From Chloroflexota bacterium (GTDB taxonomy: Bacteria > Chloroflexota > UBA11872 > VXOZ01), in the NCBI GenBank assembly GCA_964291655.2, contig OZ219801.1, forward strand, positions 448,001-512,000: 64,000 nucleotides of DNA. The letters are read 5' to 3'. The notes beneath the pieces were generated by a model. That model was not told the DNA's origin, did no database searches, and saw only the letters and a list, made by a program, of their open reading frames with translations. Position 1 is the stretch's first letter, and each line of letters starts with the position of its first letter. Position numbers and translations under genes: made by a program. Below, piece after piece: positions 1 to 12,531 of the stretch.

Positions 1-2
1 CG

Positions 3-2021
<2,019 letters not shown>

Positions 2022-2046
2022 TGGAAGAGCAAGACTTGCGTTTGCT

Positions 2047-2865
2047 ATGAGCGTCGTCCAAGAACGAGCTAGGGTCATTTTCAACGAGCCCGTTGCTGAC
2101 GGTCTCTTGATAGTCCGGCTGCACTCGCCGCAGATTGCCGCGCAGTGCCAACCCGCGCAATTCGTCCACGTGCGTTGCGGTGACGGCATCGATCCGCTCC
2201 TGCTGCGTCCCTTCAGCATGCTGACGGTTGACCGGGAAGCGGGCACCCTCGACATCCTCTATCAAGTGGTCGGACGCGGCACGGAAATTCTCCAGCACCG
2301 GCGAGCCGGCGATGAAATCCTGCAGCTTGGGCCCTTGGGCAAGTCCTTTACCACGCCGACCAACCAGAGCAATCTCCTGATGATTGGGGGCGGCATCGGC
2401 ATAGCGCCGTTAGTCTTTTTGGCGGAGACGATGATTGCGCGGGGCTACACCGTCACATTGCTGGCAGGCGCCCGCACCGCCGCCCGCCATCTCCCTGCCG
2501 AATACGTGCCGCCGGAAGTGGAGTACGTGCTGGCAACCGAAGATGGTTCGGCAGGCCATCACGGTCACGTTACGGATCTCATTGCCGATTACTATCTCTG
2601 GAGTGACGCCGTCTACGTCTGCGGGCCGTGGCCAATGATCGCGGCAATAGACGCGGCATATCAAGCACGTGCTTGGGGCTGGAACAGCAAGAAGCCCATC
2701 CAAGTCTCGTTGGAGAACCAGATGGGCTGTGCCATGGGGGTCTGTCTCGGTTGCGTCGTCACGACACCACGCGGCTACCAGCGCGTCTGTCGCGACGGTC
2801 CAGTGTTCCCGTTGCGCGACTTGCATCGAGAAATCGCCTCTCGACCGGAGCAAAGAATCGGATAG
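2047..2865 (+). CDS. pyrK: Dihydroorotate dehydrogenase electron transfer subunit
   Basis: RPFS FAD motif, GPLG, GGGIGIAP, CGP and the 2Fe-2S motif MGCAMGVCLGC...CRDGPVF; follows carB; start set at ATG 2047. Confidence 0.93.
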   Translation: MSVVQERARVIFNEPVADGLLIVRLHSPQIAAQCQPAQFVHVRCGDGIDPLLLRPFSMLTVDREAGTLDILYQVVGRGTEILQHRRAGDEILQLGPLGKSFTTPTNQSNLLMIGGGIGIAPLVFLAETMIARGYTVTLLAGARTAARHLPAEYVPPEVEYVLATEDGSAGHHGHVTDLIADYYLWSDAVYVCGPWPMIAAIDAAYQARAWGWNSKKPIQVSLENQMGCAMGVCLGCVVTTPRGYQRVCRDGPVFPLRDLHREIASRPEQRIG

Positions 2866-2988
2866 CACGAAACCGTGGGACTGCCAATCTGTGCTGTCGT
2901 TCCGAGTGGGAATTAGTCAACCATGCCTTCGACCGTGCGACGTTATTGGGCACGCCAGATTCCTCGTTCTGCTCAAGAACACAGCAGA

Positions 2989-3015
2989 TGGATTCCCGCT
3001 TTCGCGGGAATGACG
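2989..3015. repeat. Palindromic REP-like repeat, family D (GGATTCCCGCTTTCGCGGGAATGAC)
   Basis: ATTCCCGC-N4-GCGGGAAT hairpin; related copies at 22697-22723 and 41206-41232. Confidence 0.8.
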
Positions 3016-3096
3016 GGCGAGGCGTCACCTCTTTCTAAGCGCCTGGACTCGGTTAGCAAGGGCTTGCAGGGCACGTTCGAGTTTCGTTAACAAGCC

Positions 3097-3121
3097 GTAG
3101 CGCGGGGGCTTGTCCCCCGCT
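3097..3121. repeat. Palindromic REP-like repeat, family C (GTAGCGCGGGGGCTTGTCCCCCGC)
   Basis: GTAG-tailed hairpin; identical copies at 22643-22667 and, inverted, at 18475-18498. Confidence 0.85.
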
Positions 3122-3240
3122 TCTTGGCCCACGAGTAAACACGCTCTTGGAGAAGGTGCTTGGAGTGCCGAGAATGTCAAGTCGCAAGCACCTCTGGACA
3201 TCCAACTTCAGAACGCCGATCACGTCAGGCACCGGGACCT

Positions 3241-4380
3241 TCAGGACATCGAGAACTTCAAACAAACAGGTGTCGGCACCGAGGCAACGTGTCCAGTGGG
3301 AGTCAACTCCCCTGTCTTTTCATCGATGCGGAACGTGACGATTGAGTCCGTATCCTGGTTTGCCGCCAGCAAGAACGTGCCCGTCGGATCGATGACAAAA
3401 TTGCGCGGTACTTCGCCGAGCGTGGATTGGTGACCGATGAGCGTGAGCGTGCCGTCTGCATCGTTCACCCCGTAGATGACAATGCTGTCATGTCCGCGAT
3501 TGGAGCCATAGACAAATTTCCCATTCGGGTGCACATGCACGTCGGCGGTATGGCTTGTTGGCTCGAAGTCCGGCGGCAGTGTTGGGATTGTCTGCAGCTC
3601 AGCCATCGCGCCGCGTTCTTGATCGTACGCGAAGACCGTTACTGTGTTACCAATTTCATTAATCACGTAGACAGTGCGACCGTTGGGATGAAAGTCTAGG
3701 TGACGCGGCCCGGCGCCTGGATGCACCGCAGCAAACGGCGGGTCAGCCGGCGGCAGCTTTCCGTTCTCCAGGTCCAGCCCATAGACGAGCACCTGATCAA
3801 GTCCTAGATCACACGCCAGGGCAAAGCGGTTTGCGGGATCGGGCGTGAATGAGTGCCCATGGGGCTCTCCTTGACGATCAGGATTCACACTCGAGCCGAC
3901 ATGCTGCACCCAGTCCGTTGCCGGACCCAAGCGCCCGTCCTCCGTGATAGGCAGGATCGCCACACTTCCGCCCGTGTAGTTTGCAGTAATAACGTATTTG
4001 CCGGTCTGCTCTACGCTCACGTGGCAGGGACCAGCGCCCTGGGACGACTGCCGGTTGATGAATTCAAGCCCGCCGGTCGCGTGGTCCACCGCAAACGTGC
4101 TCACCGCGCCACCAGCGTGCCCGTCAATCTCAGAAACCGCGTTCACCGCATACAGCACGGGGAGCTCCGGATGGAGCGCGAGATATGATGGATTCGGCAC
4201 GTCCGGCACCGCGTGCACCAACTCCACGGCACCGGAAGTCATGTCCATGCGGCAGACGTAGATTCCTTCCGCGCCGCCGCCAAGATCGGTTTCACCCGTA
4301 AACGTGCCGACATAGATAAATCTCGACTCTGCAGTTCCTGCGCTCATCGTAGCTGCCTCTTTTATCAATTCTCCGGCCAT
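3241..4380 (-). CDS. pgl: 6-phosphogluconolactonase / lactonase-family beta-propeller
   Basis: YVGTFT, NPSYLAL, ANYTGGSV, RQGEPHGH, DLGLD, GAGPRH, SNRGHDS, PRNF, ANQDTD motifs. Confidence 0.92.
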   Translation of the reverse strand: MAGELIKEAATMSAGTAESRFIYVGTFTGETDLGGGAEGIYVCRMDMTSGAVELVHAVPDVPNPSYLALHPELPVLYAVNAVSEIDGHAGGAVSTFAVDHATGGLEFINRQSSQGAGPCHVSVEQTGKYVITANYTGGSVAILPITEDGRLGPATDWVQHVGSSVNPDRQGEPHGHSFTPDPANRFALACDLGLDQVLVYGLDLENGKLPPADPPFAAVHPGAGPRHLDFHPNGRTVYVINEIGNTVTVFAYDQERGAMAELQTIPTLPPDFEPTSHTADVHVHPNGKFVYGSNRGHDSIVIYGVNDADGTLTLIGHQSTLGEVPRNFVIDPTGTFLLAANQDTDSIVTFRIDEKTGELTPTGHVASVPTPVCLKFSMS

Positions 4381-4696
4381 TTGTATTCACTCATCAATGT
4401 TACCCTAGCGCGATACCGCATGGGGACGCAATGCGCCATATGAAATTGCCGCCGGCACTTAGCTCATCGGCGCAGAAGAGCGCTCAGGAGACCAAAGTAG
4501 AAAGGATAACGAAACTCAAGCCCGGCTTCGGTTAGAGGTTGTCAAGTGATAGGTGAAGGCGCGGCCGATCAAGCCGCTGCAGCCAGTGTTGATCACACGC
4601 ATCCAAGCCTCCCTGGATGTCTGTCCTGCGTTACAGGCCCGCCAGCAACGAAGTGCATTTCTTCCCGTCATTACTGGCATGAATGCCTATGCCGGA

Positions 4697-4726
4697 TTGA
4701 GGGCAGCAACCTGAATCTGTTATAAT
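4697..4726 (+). promoter_or_regulatory. Sigma70-type promoter (TTGAGG-18 nt-TATAAT, extended TG), probably giving a leaderless mRNA
   Basis: TGTTATAAT at 4718-4726; GTG start 7 nt downstream at 4734 with no RBS. Confidence 0.6.
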
Positions 4727-4733
4727 ACATAGT

Positions 4734-5659
4734 GTGAATGACCCGCGCACACTCCGGCCAATTGAAGCCCTGGCCGAATCCGGCACTCTGCTTAATCGGC
4801 GTATCTGGCTAATCCTGCTGCCGATCGGGCTAGACTTGTTCATCTGGTTTGCACCGCGTGTCCTGCTTGGGGCCGAGCTGGTCCCTCTGGTAGATGGATC
4901 AGCCACCGCGGTCGAAGCAGGTGCTGACCCGGAAACCCCGACCGTGTTGTCATTTGTCCGACAATCAAACCTGCTTTCCCTGATCTTGGGCGTGTGGGTG
5001 CCTTCGATCGGAGTTTCCGCAGCCGGTGATGAATCGGGTACAACCGTAGTCTTGGAGTCGTTTCCTCAGCTAATCCTTGCCTTCGCGTTGCTTTTCCCGG
5101 TGAGTCTCGCGCTGGGCTGTACCTACCTTGCGTTGATCGCATCTGAGGTGCAACAACGGACACTTACGTGGGAGATGCTCGTGCCGCGGGTGATGCGCTT
5201 GACCATGCGGCTAGCCGGACTTGTGGGGATCTTGCTCTTGGTGACGGTGATCCGTTTACCATTGCAAGTGTGATGCTCTCCGTGATCCCGTTGCTAGGAT
5301 CCTTGCTGTTCCTCTTATCCATGATTCTGCTGCTTTGGATTATTTTCTATGTGTTCTTCATCGTGGATAGCATTGCGCTGGTTCGCCAAAGGCTTCCGAA
5401 AGTAATTCGGCTTACGTTGGACCTAATCCATAGCAATCCGTGGTCGGCTATCGGCTTCTTATTCCTTTACTGGCTCATCGTATTTGGCACCAGCATCATT
5501 TGGAGTGTACTGCTTGACTTGGCGATCTTTGGCATAGGAATTGGACGGATTATTGCGACTATTGGCAACGCCTACGTAGGTACGTGGGTAACGATTGCAG
5601 TGTTCATGTACGTTTGGAATCGTCTGCTCATTTACCGGGAGGAACCTACTTCCCCATAG
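4734..5659 (+). pseudogene. Multi-pass membrane protein split by a 1-nt frameshift near 5251
   Basis: Two overlapping hydrophobic ORFs (4734-5273 and 5168-5659); adding one C at ATC|CG (~5251) joins them as ...VTVIPFTIASVMLSVIP...; could be a sequencing error. Confidence 0.7.
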
Positions 5660-5708
5660 CAATCTAAAGAGTCTTGATCTATGAGAATTGTTTCTTGAAA
5701 GGATGTTT

Positions 5709-7676
5709 ATGGCAAAGAAGATCCTGGAAAACGAAGGCGGCACCGCAACCATTGTGGCCGAAGCAGAGCCAACCGCCGCCGACCTAAATGACTATACTGC
5801 CGCCGACATCCAAGTTCTCGAAGGTCTGGAGCCGGTGCGAACGCGGCCGGGCATGTTCATTGGCAGCACCGACGTCCGCGGTCTGCACCACCTCGTCTAT
5901 GAAGTGGTGGACAACAGCGTTGACGAAGCGCTCGCCGGCCTCTGCGACCGAATACTCATCACGATTCATGCGGATTGCAGCGTCACGATCGAGGACAATG
6001 GCCGCGGCATTCCGGTGGACGTTCACGAAAAGACCGGTGTTTCCGCTTTGGAGACCGTGCTTACGCGGCTGCACGCCGGAGGCAAGTTTGGCGGCAAGAG
6101 CTACAAGGTCTCAGGCGGCCTGCACGGCGTTGGCGTCTCTATAGTCAATGCTCTCTCGCTGAAACTCGTTGCCACCGTCTACCAAGCTCCCTACATCCAT
6201 GAGCAAGAATATCGGAACGGCGCACCCCTCGGGAGGGTCGAACGCGTTGGCAAGACCGATCGCAACGGCACCACGATCCACTTCCTCCCTGACAGCGAGA
6301 TCATGGAGACGTTGGACTATGAATTCAACACGCTGGCGCAGCGTTTCCGTGAAATTGCCTACCTCTGTCCCGGACTCCGCATTGAATTCCGTGATGAGCG
6401 GACGAGCAAAGAACTGACATTTTACTTTGAAAGCGGCATCCGCGCATTCGTGCACCAGATGAACCGCCGGAAGACCATCATAAACAACGAGGAAATCTTC
6501 TTTTCCGGTTCTGCCAATTCGCTGCAGTTGGAAGCGGCGATGCAATACACCCAGAGTTACGACGAGCGCATCTACGCATTTGCCAACACCATCAACAACG
6601 TTGACGGCGGCACCCACCTCACAGGTTTTCGTTCCGCATTGACACGCACCTTCAATGACTATGCTCGCAAACAAAACCTCTTGAAGGAAAAAGACCTTTC
6701 CCTCACCGGAGACGACGTGCGCACCGGACTGACAGCCGTCATCAGCGTGCGCCTTACGAATCCCCAATTCGAGGGGCAAACCAAGGCAAAGCTTGGTAAT
6801 TCGGAAGTGCGCGGCTTTGTCGAAACGACAGTCAATGAGAAACTCGGCCAATTCCTGGAAGAGCATCCCAGCGAAGGCAAGGCCATCATCGAGAAGTGCC
6901 TCAACGCTGCCCGCGCGCGCATAGCTGCGCAAAAGGCCCGGGACATGGTGTCGCGCAAGGGCTTCCTGGATGTCTCGACACTTCCGGGGAAACTCGCCGA
7001 CTGCTCGGAGCGCAGTATGGAGAATGCAGAGATTTTCATCGTGGAGGGTGATTCGGCAGGCGGCAACGCAAAGCAAGGCCGGGAACGCCGCTTCCAAGCC
7101 ATTCTCCCGCTGCGCGGCAAGATTCTCAACGCGGAGCGCACGAACCTTGACCGCATGCTGTCCAATACGGAAATCCGCGCACTGGTTACCGCCTTAGGCA
7201 CAAGCATCGGCGAGACGTTCGACATATCGAAACTGCGGTACGGCAAAGTCATCATCATGACCGACGCCGATGTTGACGGCGCCCACATTCGCACGCTTCT
7301 GCTTACGTTCTTTTTCCGTTATATGCGCGAGATCATTACGAACCAGCGGCTCTACATCGCCCAGGCACCGCTCTACCGGGTTGCGCGCAATCGCGATGTG
7401 CACTACGCGTGGAACGACGATGAGCGCGACCGCATTCTCAAGCAATTCAACCGCACAAACATCGCCATGCAACGATACAAGGGTCTGGGTGAAATGAACG
7501 CCGACCAGCTGTGGGAAACCACCATGGATCCGGCCCGCCGTAAGCTCCTGCAGGTCCTGCTGGAAGACGAGGCTGCCGTCAGTTTGGTGTTCGATCGGCT
7601 CATGGGAGACGACCCACAAGCCCGCAAGCGTTTCATCCAAGCGCACGCCAAGGAAGTGCAACACCTCGACGTATAG
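5709..7676 (+). CDS. gyrB: DNA gyrase subunit B
   Basis: EVVDNSVDE, DNGRGIP, SGGLHGVG, EGDSAGG, PLRGKILN, MTDADVDG, RYKGLGEM. Confidence 0.96.
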   Translation: MAKKILENEGGTATIVAEAEPTAADLNDYTAADIQVLEGLEPVRTRPGMFIGSTDVRGLHHLVYEVVDNSVDEALAGLCDRILITIHADCSVTIEDNGRGIPVDVHEKTGVSALETVLTRLHAGGKFGGKSYKVSGGLHGVGVSIVNALSLKLVATVYQAPYIHEQEYRNGAPLGRVERVGKTDRNGTTIHFLPDSEIMETLDYEFNTLAQRFREIAYLCPGLRIEFRDERTSKELTFYFESGIRAFVHQMNRRKTIINNEEIFFSGSANSLQLEAAMQYTQSYDERIYAFANTINNVDGGTHLTGFRSALTRTFNDYARKQNLLKEKDLSLTGDDVRTGLTAVISVRLTNPQFEGQTKAKLGNSEVRGFVETTVNEKLGQFLEEHPSEGKAIIEKCLNAARARIAAQKARDMVSRKGFLDVSTLPGKLADCSERSMENAEIFIVEGDSAGGNAKQGRERRFQAILPLRGKILNAERTNLDRMLSNTEIRALVTALGTSIGETFDISKLRYGKVIIMTDADVDGAHIRTLLLTFFFRYMREIITNQRLYIAQAPLYRVARNRDVHYAWNDDERDRILKQFNRTNIAMQRYKGLGEMNADQLWETTMDPARRKLLQVLLEDEAAVSLVFDRLMGDDPQARKRFIQAHAKEVQHLDV

Positions 7677-7832
7677 GTGTTCCTGTCTTATACTTATGCC
7701 ACGAACGCCGACTGGGAACGGCCGCGACGTGCCGACGTGCGGCAGGTCACGCAAGCAAACTCCCATCCTAGCTCGGTGCACGACCACAAGGATTCAAAGA
7801 GGCATCCTTAAGGAAGTGGAGCCGGCGCGGCA

Positions 7833-9134
7833 ATGAGCATCGTCCCCGACAATGCCCAGTTTGTGTTGCTCAGTTTCGAGGGCCCTGACCGGTACTCGCA
7901 AGCCGGGGGACTCGGCACTCGCGTCACCGAGCTTGCGCGCGCGCTCGCGCAGGCTGGCTTCACCACCCACCTGATCTTCATTGGCGATCCCAACTTGCCT
8001 TCTGTAGAAACTCGCGAAGAAGGCAATCTGCACCTCTACCGCTGGTGCCAGTGGATAAGCCACGCACACCCCACGGGCGCTTACGAGGCTGAATGGGACA
8101 AACTCGTTGACTTTGCTAGCAGCGTTCCTTGGTTCGTAACGGACCGCCTTGTACGGCCCGCCGCCGACCAAGGTCGGATCACCGTTGTGATGGCGGAAGA
8201 GTGGCACACGACGGAAACGCTGTCACGGCTCAGCGACTCTCTGCACTTCAACGGCCTGCGCCAGCAGTGTGTGCTGCTGTGGAACGCTAATAACGAGTTT
8301 GGGTTCGGCCACATAGACCTCCCTCGTCTCGGCTTTATTGCCACCATCACCACAGTGAGCCGGTTTATGAAGCACCGGCTATGGGATTGGGGACTAAATC
8401 CACTCGTATTGCCCAATGGCATTCCCCGCCGCTTGTTGGAAAAAGTGCCGCAAAGGCCGGTAACAAAGCTTCGCAAGGGCATGGCCGCGGACTACTTGCT
8501 TCTAAAGATGGGGCGATTCGATCCGGATAAGCGATGGCTCCAGGCAATAGAAGCTGCGGCCCAACTAAAGCACGCCGGTCACCGTGTACGCTTCATTGCG
8601 CGAGGCGGCCTTGAACCCCATGGAGGTGACGTGCTGCACCGCGCCAGGGAATTGGGATTAGTGGTGCAAGACATCCATAGCGACAACTCGGACTTGGAAG
8701 GTGCGCTCAATGCGATTCTCGCGGCTGAAGAAGCGGATGTATTGAACCTCTGTGAATTTGTGCCTGAGGCACTGCAACGCGTCTTCTATTCTGCCGCCGA
8801 CGCAGTACTCGCCAATAGTGGCTATGAACCATTCGGCCTGGTGGGGCTGGAGGCGATGGCGTGCGGCGCCGTGGTGGTTACGGGAACTACCGGCGAAGAC
8901 TATGCCGTGCAACTGCACAATGCCCTCTCTGTCGAGACTGACGACCCTGCAGAACTGGCCAGCTACCTGCAACTCATCCACAATCAGCCTGACGTAATTC
9001 GTCAGATACAGCGCCACGCGCGGCAGACGGCGGCTCTCTTTACCTGGGATTCGACCATAAGAGACCTCGTGGGGAAGGTGGAGTACCTCGCTACCAAGCA
9101 AGGGATTCACCTGCAGAGCGAAGCAGATGGCTGA
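7833..9134 (+). CDS. Glycosyltransferase family 4 (glycogen-synthase-like)
   Basis: AGGLGTRV N-terminal motif, GRFDPDK, YEPFGLVGLEAMACG. Confidence 0.88.
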   Translation: MSIVPDNAQFVLLSFEGPDRYSQAGGLGTRVTELARALAQAGFTTHLIFIGDPNLPSVETREEGNLHLYRWCQWISHAHPTGAYEAEWDKLVDFASSVPWFVTDRLVRPAADQGRITVVMAEEWHTTETLSRLSDSLHFNGLRQQCVLLWNANNEFGFGHIDLPRLGFIATITTVSRFMKHRLWDWGLNPLVLPNGIPRRLLEKVPQRPVTKLRKGMAADYLLLKMGRFDPDKRWLQAIEAAAQLKHAGHRVRFIARGGLEPHGGDVLHRARELGLVVQDIHSDNSDLEGALNAILAAEEADVLNLCEFVPEALQRVFYSAADAVLANSGYEPFGLVGLEAMACGAVVVTGTTGEDYAVQLHNALSVETDDPAELASYLQLIHNQPDVIRQIQRHARQTAALFTWDSTIRDLVGKVEYLATKQGIHLQSEADG

Positions 9135-10332
9135 ATACCTGGTCATCTACGTAATCGCACATCAACCACGGCGAGTACGTTTACCCGCCAGAGCAATCCC
9201 ACCCGGGACCGCGCCGGAGGACATGGCGCCGTTCCTCTTCGATGAGAAGATGAATGAGCGCTATTTTCGCAAGGTGGCCCGCTACAGCTATAGGCCCGCC
9301 ACAGATCTGTGGTTGCAGCTTCTCGATAGCGGCATCAAGCTCTGCTTCGGTGTCTCAATCTCGCTGATCAGGCAAGCGAAACTGTGGGAGCCATCCGTCC
9401 TTGACGGCTTCAAGCGCATCGTTGCCCACCCCAATACGGAGTTGATTGGCGTCGATCCCTATCACTCGTTCCTCATGCTGATCGATTTGCCCGAGTTCAC
9501 CGCGCGAATGCACTCCATGGCAGACGAGCTTGCCGGTATCTTTGGCAAGCGACCCACCGTGACCGACACGACCGAAATGCTCGTCTCGGAGACGATTGTC
9601 AGCGCGGTAGAGAGTGCCGGCTTTCATGGCGCTCTGATGGATGGCAGGGAGTGGATACTAGACTGGCGCCAGCCCACGAATCTCTACTATCACCGACCGG
9701 CGGTAAAGCTGCTTGCGCGGCACTATGAACTGAGCGATGACGTCGGCTACCGCTTTTCGCAGCGCCAATGGGCGGGGTGGCCGCTCATGGCGGAAGACTA
9801 CGCGCATTGGGTCCGGAGTGCGGAAGGCCAATTTGTGATGGTCGGCTGGGATTTCGAGACGTTCGGGGAACACCAATATTACGACAGCGGTGTGTTTGAG
9901 TTCATGCAGGCGCTGCCGCGGTACCTGCAACGCGAGGGCGTTACCCCCGCAACGGCTACGGAGATGATCAACGCCTACGGCAACCAGGCTCATCAGCTTG
10001 CGCTTCCGCCATTTCCCAGTACGTGGGCGGGGTCGGGCGGCGCCGAATTCTTCCTGGGAAATGAGCCGCAACGCGCGCTCTTTCAACTAATGACCGCCTG
10101 CTACCACAAGGCGCGATTAACCGGCAACGAAACACTGGTCGATCTCGCACTCTGGCTTACCCAGTCCGATAATCTCCACCTGATCAATTGGTGGGGGCGA
10201 TGGGGATCAGAGGCAGAGGTATCCGTCTACTTCATGCCCGACGAATGGTGGAGCCTGGGCGTGGATGGGATTATCTGGGAGCAGCAGTGCGTCTACAAGA
10301 ACTTCCTAAGCGCACTTGACAGCTATCTCTAA
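9127..10332 (+). CDS. Glycoside hydrolase family 57 (alpha-amylase-like)
   Basis: HQP, PYHS, TEM, LSDDVGYRFS, DFETFGEH, STWA, LTQSD GH57 motifs; overlaps the upstream GT4. Confidence 0.88.
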   Translation: MAEYLVIYVIAHQPRRVRLPARAIPPGTAPEDMAPFLFDEKMNERYFRKVARYSYRPATDLWLQLLDSGIKLCFGVSISLIRQAKLWEPSVLDGFKRIVAHPNTELIGVDPYHSFLMLIDLPEFTARMHSMADELAGIFGKRPTVTDTTEMLVSETIVSAVESAGFHGALMDGREWILDWRQPTNLYYHRPAVKLLARHYELSDDVGYRFSQRQWAGWPLMAEDYAHWVRSAEGQFVMVGWDFETFGEHQYYDSGVFEFMQALPRYLQREGVTPATATEMINAYGNQAHQLALPPFPSTWAGSGGAEFFLGNEPQRALFQLMTACYHKARLTGNETLVDLALWLTQSDNLHLINWWGRWGSEAEVSVYFMPDEWWSLGVDGIIWEQQCVYKNFLSALDSYL

Positions 10333-10451
10333 CCGTACCTAATAGCGCCGGCACGAAGAAGCCGGAGCGAACCGCAGGTTTAGTGCTGGGAATTCCTGCC
10401 GAATTATGTGTGAGTCGTGGTACGTGGATCCGCTTGTAAGAGCCACGGCTC

Positions 10452-11912
10452 TTACAAGCTCATGCGTTCGTCCGCACGGGCCTTCCACTTGGCGTAATTC
10501 GGTGACTGTAGGAGCGCTTCGTTGGTTTGGACTACCAATTGACCGTTCTGACCCCGCGGGTCACCGCGCTGCTCGTTAACTTGGGCAAGGAGCGCACGTA
10601 ACTCCTCAATGCGCCCATTGGCTCCGGCATGCCCGGCCAGATTGCGGCACTCTTGCGGATCCTCGGCCAGGTTGAAGTAGCGTTCCCTGCCCGTATGGTG
10701 AAACCAGGTGTATTTATCTCGCTTCGTCGCGATAAACTGCATGCCTTGGTCCCAGCCATGAATTCTGGTCTGTTCCCCTTGCAGGTACTCGCGCCATTCA
10801 GTTGCTTCGCCTCGCGCGAGCGGCAGAAGGCTTTTACCGTCGACCGATTCAGGGATCTCCACCCGCGCGGCTTCGAGCACCGTCGGCATGAGATCGCGTA
10901 GTTCAATAATCTCGTCGCAAGACCCGCCACGCTCCTCATCCCACGTGTCCGGATACTTGATGAAGAACGGGATACGCGCGGAGCCGTCGTTGGAGTAGCC
11001 CTTGCGCCACAGACAGTGGTCGCCGAGCATGTCGCCATGGTCAGAGGTAAAGATGAAGAGGGTGTTGCGCAAGGCCTCGCGATCGCGCCAACTACATTCA
11101 TACAGGAATCGGCCCACCTGATGATCGATGAATGTGATGCTGCCGTAGTAAGCCGCACGTGTGCGGTGCACCTGCGCCTCAGGGGCCCGGCCCCGCCAAG
11201 CAGTGGTGCTGGCAATCGGCTCATCGAATTCCGCAGCCCAGTCGCCCATAGGCGGCATTGGGATATCGGGGTTGTCCTTGTACATATCGAAATAGACCGG
11301 CGGAGGATCGTAGGGGGCATGGGGACGCGTGAACGACATCCATAGAAAGAACGGGCACGTAGGATCGCGCCGCTCGATGAACTTGACCGCTTCGCTCACC
11401 GTCCAATGGGTGGCGTGCAGGTGTTCCGGCAGGTGGCTTGGCCGGCCCATCAAGCTGTTCCACTCAAGGCCATGGTCCAGGTCACCGATCTTGCCGGCTG
11501 TCTCCTCGCGCAGCCAAGCCATGTAGTCTGTCCAGAGACCACGGCCCGTGCTATCCTGCACGGCTTCATAAAACCCGTAGAGCGCACGTCGGGGAAACTG
11601 GTCCGACTTGCCTATGCTGGCAGTGTGGTACCCAGCCTTCATCAGCTCACCCGCCAGCGTCGCCGGAAAGTCCAAGGCGTCTTGGCCGGCGCCACTGCCA
11701 AGCCGTCCGTGATTCCACTGGTCCATGCCCGTCATCATGGCGGCCCGCGACGGCAAGCATGACGGTGAACTCGTATAGCACCGCGTGAATTTCACGCCAC
11801 GCCCGGCGAGCTGGTCGAGATACGGCGTTTCCAGGACCGGATTCGCGTACCCAATGCAGTCCGACCGTTGCTGATCGGTAATGATTACAACGATATTCGG
11901 GCGCTTTGGCAT
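10452..11912 (-). CDS. Sulfatase (Cys-type arylsulfatase/choline-sulfatase-like)
   Basis: PNIVVIITDQQR, CLPSRAAMMTG (CxPxR), PHAPY, SDHGDMLG. Confidence 0.93.
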   Translation of the reverse strand: MPKRPNIVVIITDQQRSDCIGYANPVLETPYLDQLAGRGVKFTRCYTSSPSCLPSRAAMMTGMDQWNHGRLGSGAGQDALDFPATLAGELMKAGYHTASIGKSDQFPRRALYGFYEAVQDSTGRGLWTDYMAWLREETAGKIGDLDHGLEWNSLMGRPSHLPEHLHATHWTVSEAVKFIERRDPTCPFFLWMSFTRPHAPYDPPPVYFDMYKDNPDIPMPPMGDWAAEFDEPIASTTAWRGRAPEAQVHRTRAAYYGSITFIDHQVGRFLYECSWRDREALRNTLFIFTSDHGDMLGDHCLWRKGYSNDGSARIPFFIKYPDTWDEERGGSCDEIIELRDLMPTVLEAARVEIPESVDGKSLLPLARGEATEWREYLQGEQTRIHGWDQGMQFIATKRDKYTWFHHTGRERYFNLAEDPQECRNLAGHAGANGRIEELRALLAQVNEQRGDPRGQNGQLVVQTNEALLQSPNYAKWKARADERMSL

Positions 11913-12140
11913 GGCTTGTTCCTCTTCCCAATGCAGTGGGTCAAATCTGCAATTTAGATAAAATCAGTGTAGGCGACCGGCTTCCAATTCCACTCAGATT
12001 AACTGGACCGTCAATGGAATCTGTTTGCAGCCATGATAGACCGGCACCCTTACTCGAGTTATGTGGGGCCTAATGGGTTCTCGCTAGCACAATAGGCGGC
12101 TAAGTCCCACTCGTGCCGGGGCAGTACGGGTATTCGGTTC

Positions 12141-12500
12141 CCGTTCGTGCCGAACTCTTCGCCGAGCTTCTTAGCCGAACTCTTTCTTGTACACTCACTC
12201 ACCGTTCGTGCTGAGCCCGTCGAAGCACTTTAGCCCCGTTCGTGCGAGCACACTGCCCCCGTTCGTGCTGAGCCTGTCGAAGCATGAACGGGGTAGTGGA
12301 AGAGCGTCCCGCGCTACCATCCACCGCCGTTTACCCTTCGACTATGCTCAGGGCGAACGGCTTCTACTCCACACCACTCTCCCTCTTCCGTTCGTGCTGA
12401 GCACACTGCCCCCATTCGTGCTGAGCCCGTCGAAGCACTTTAGCCCCGTTCGTGCTGAGCACACTGCCCCCGTTCGTGCTGAGCCTGTCGAAGCATGAAC
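12141..12500. repeat. Cluster of REP-like repeats, family A (CCGTTCGTGCTGAGCCTGTCGAAGCA and its inverse)
   Basis: About 8 full or partial units; an ~88-bp block duplicated at 12202-12289 and 12412-12500; inverted unit at ~12334-12360. Confidence 0.9.
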
Positions 12501-12531
12501 CATATCAGTAGATTCAACTGATCATCTGTCG

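Noticed and set aside
12187-12498. Short ORFs with PFVLSLSK-type peptides (also near 13.8 kb and 24.4 kb)
   Set aside because: Spurious translations of family A repeats.
12141-12500. Possible CRISPR array
   Set aside because: The intervening sequences are themselves repeated and irregular in length, units occur in both orientations and elsewhere in the window, and there are no cas genes.
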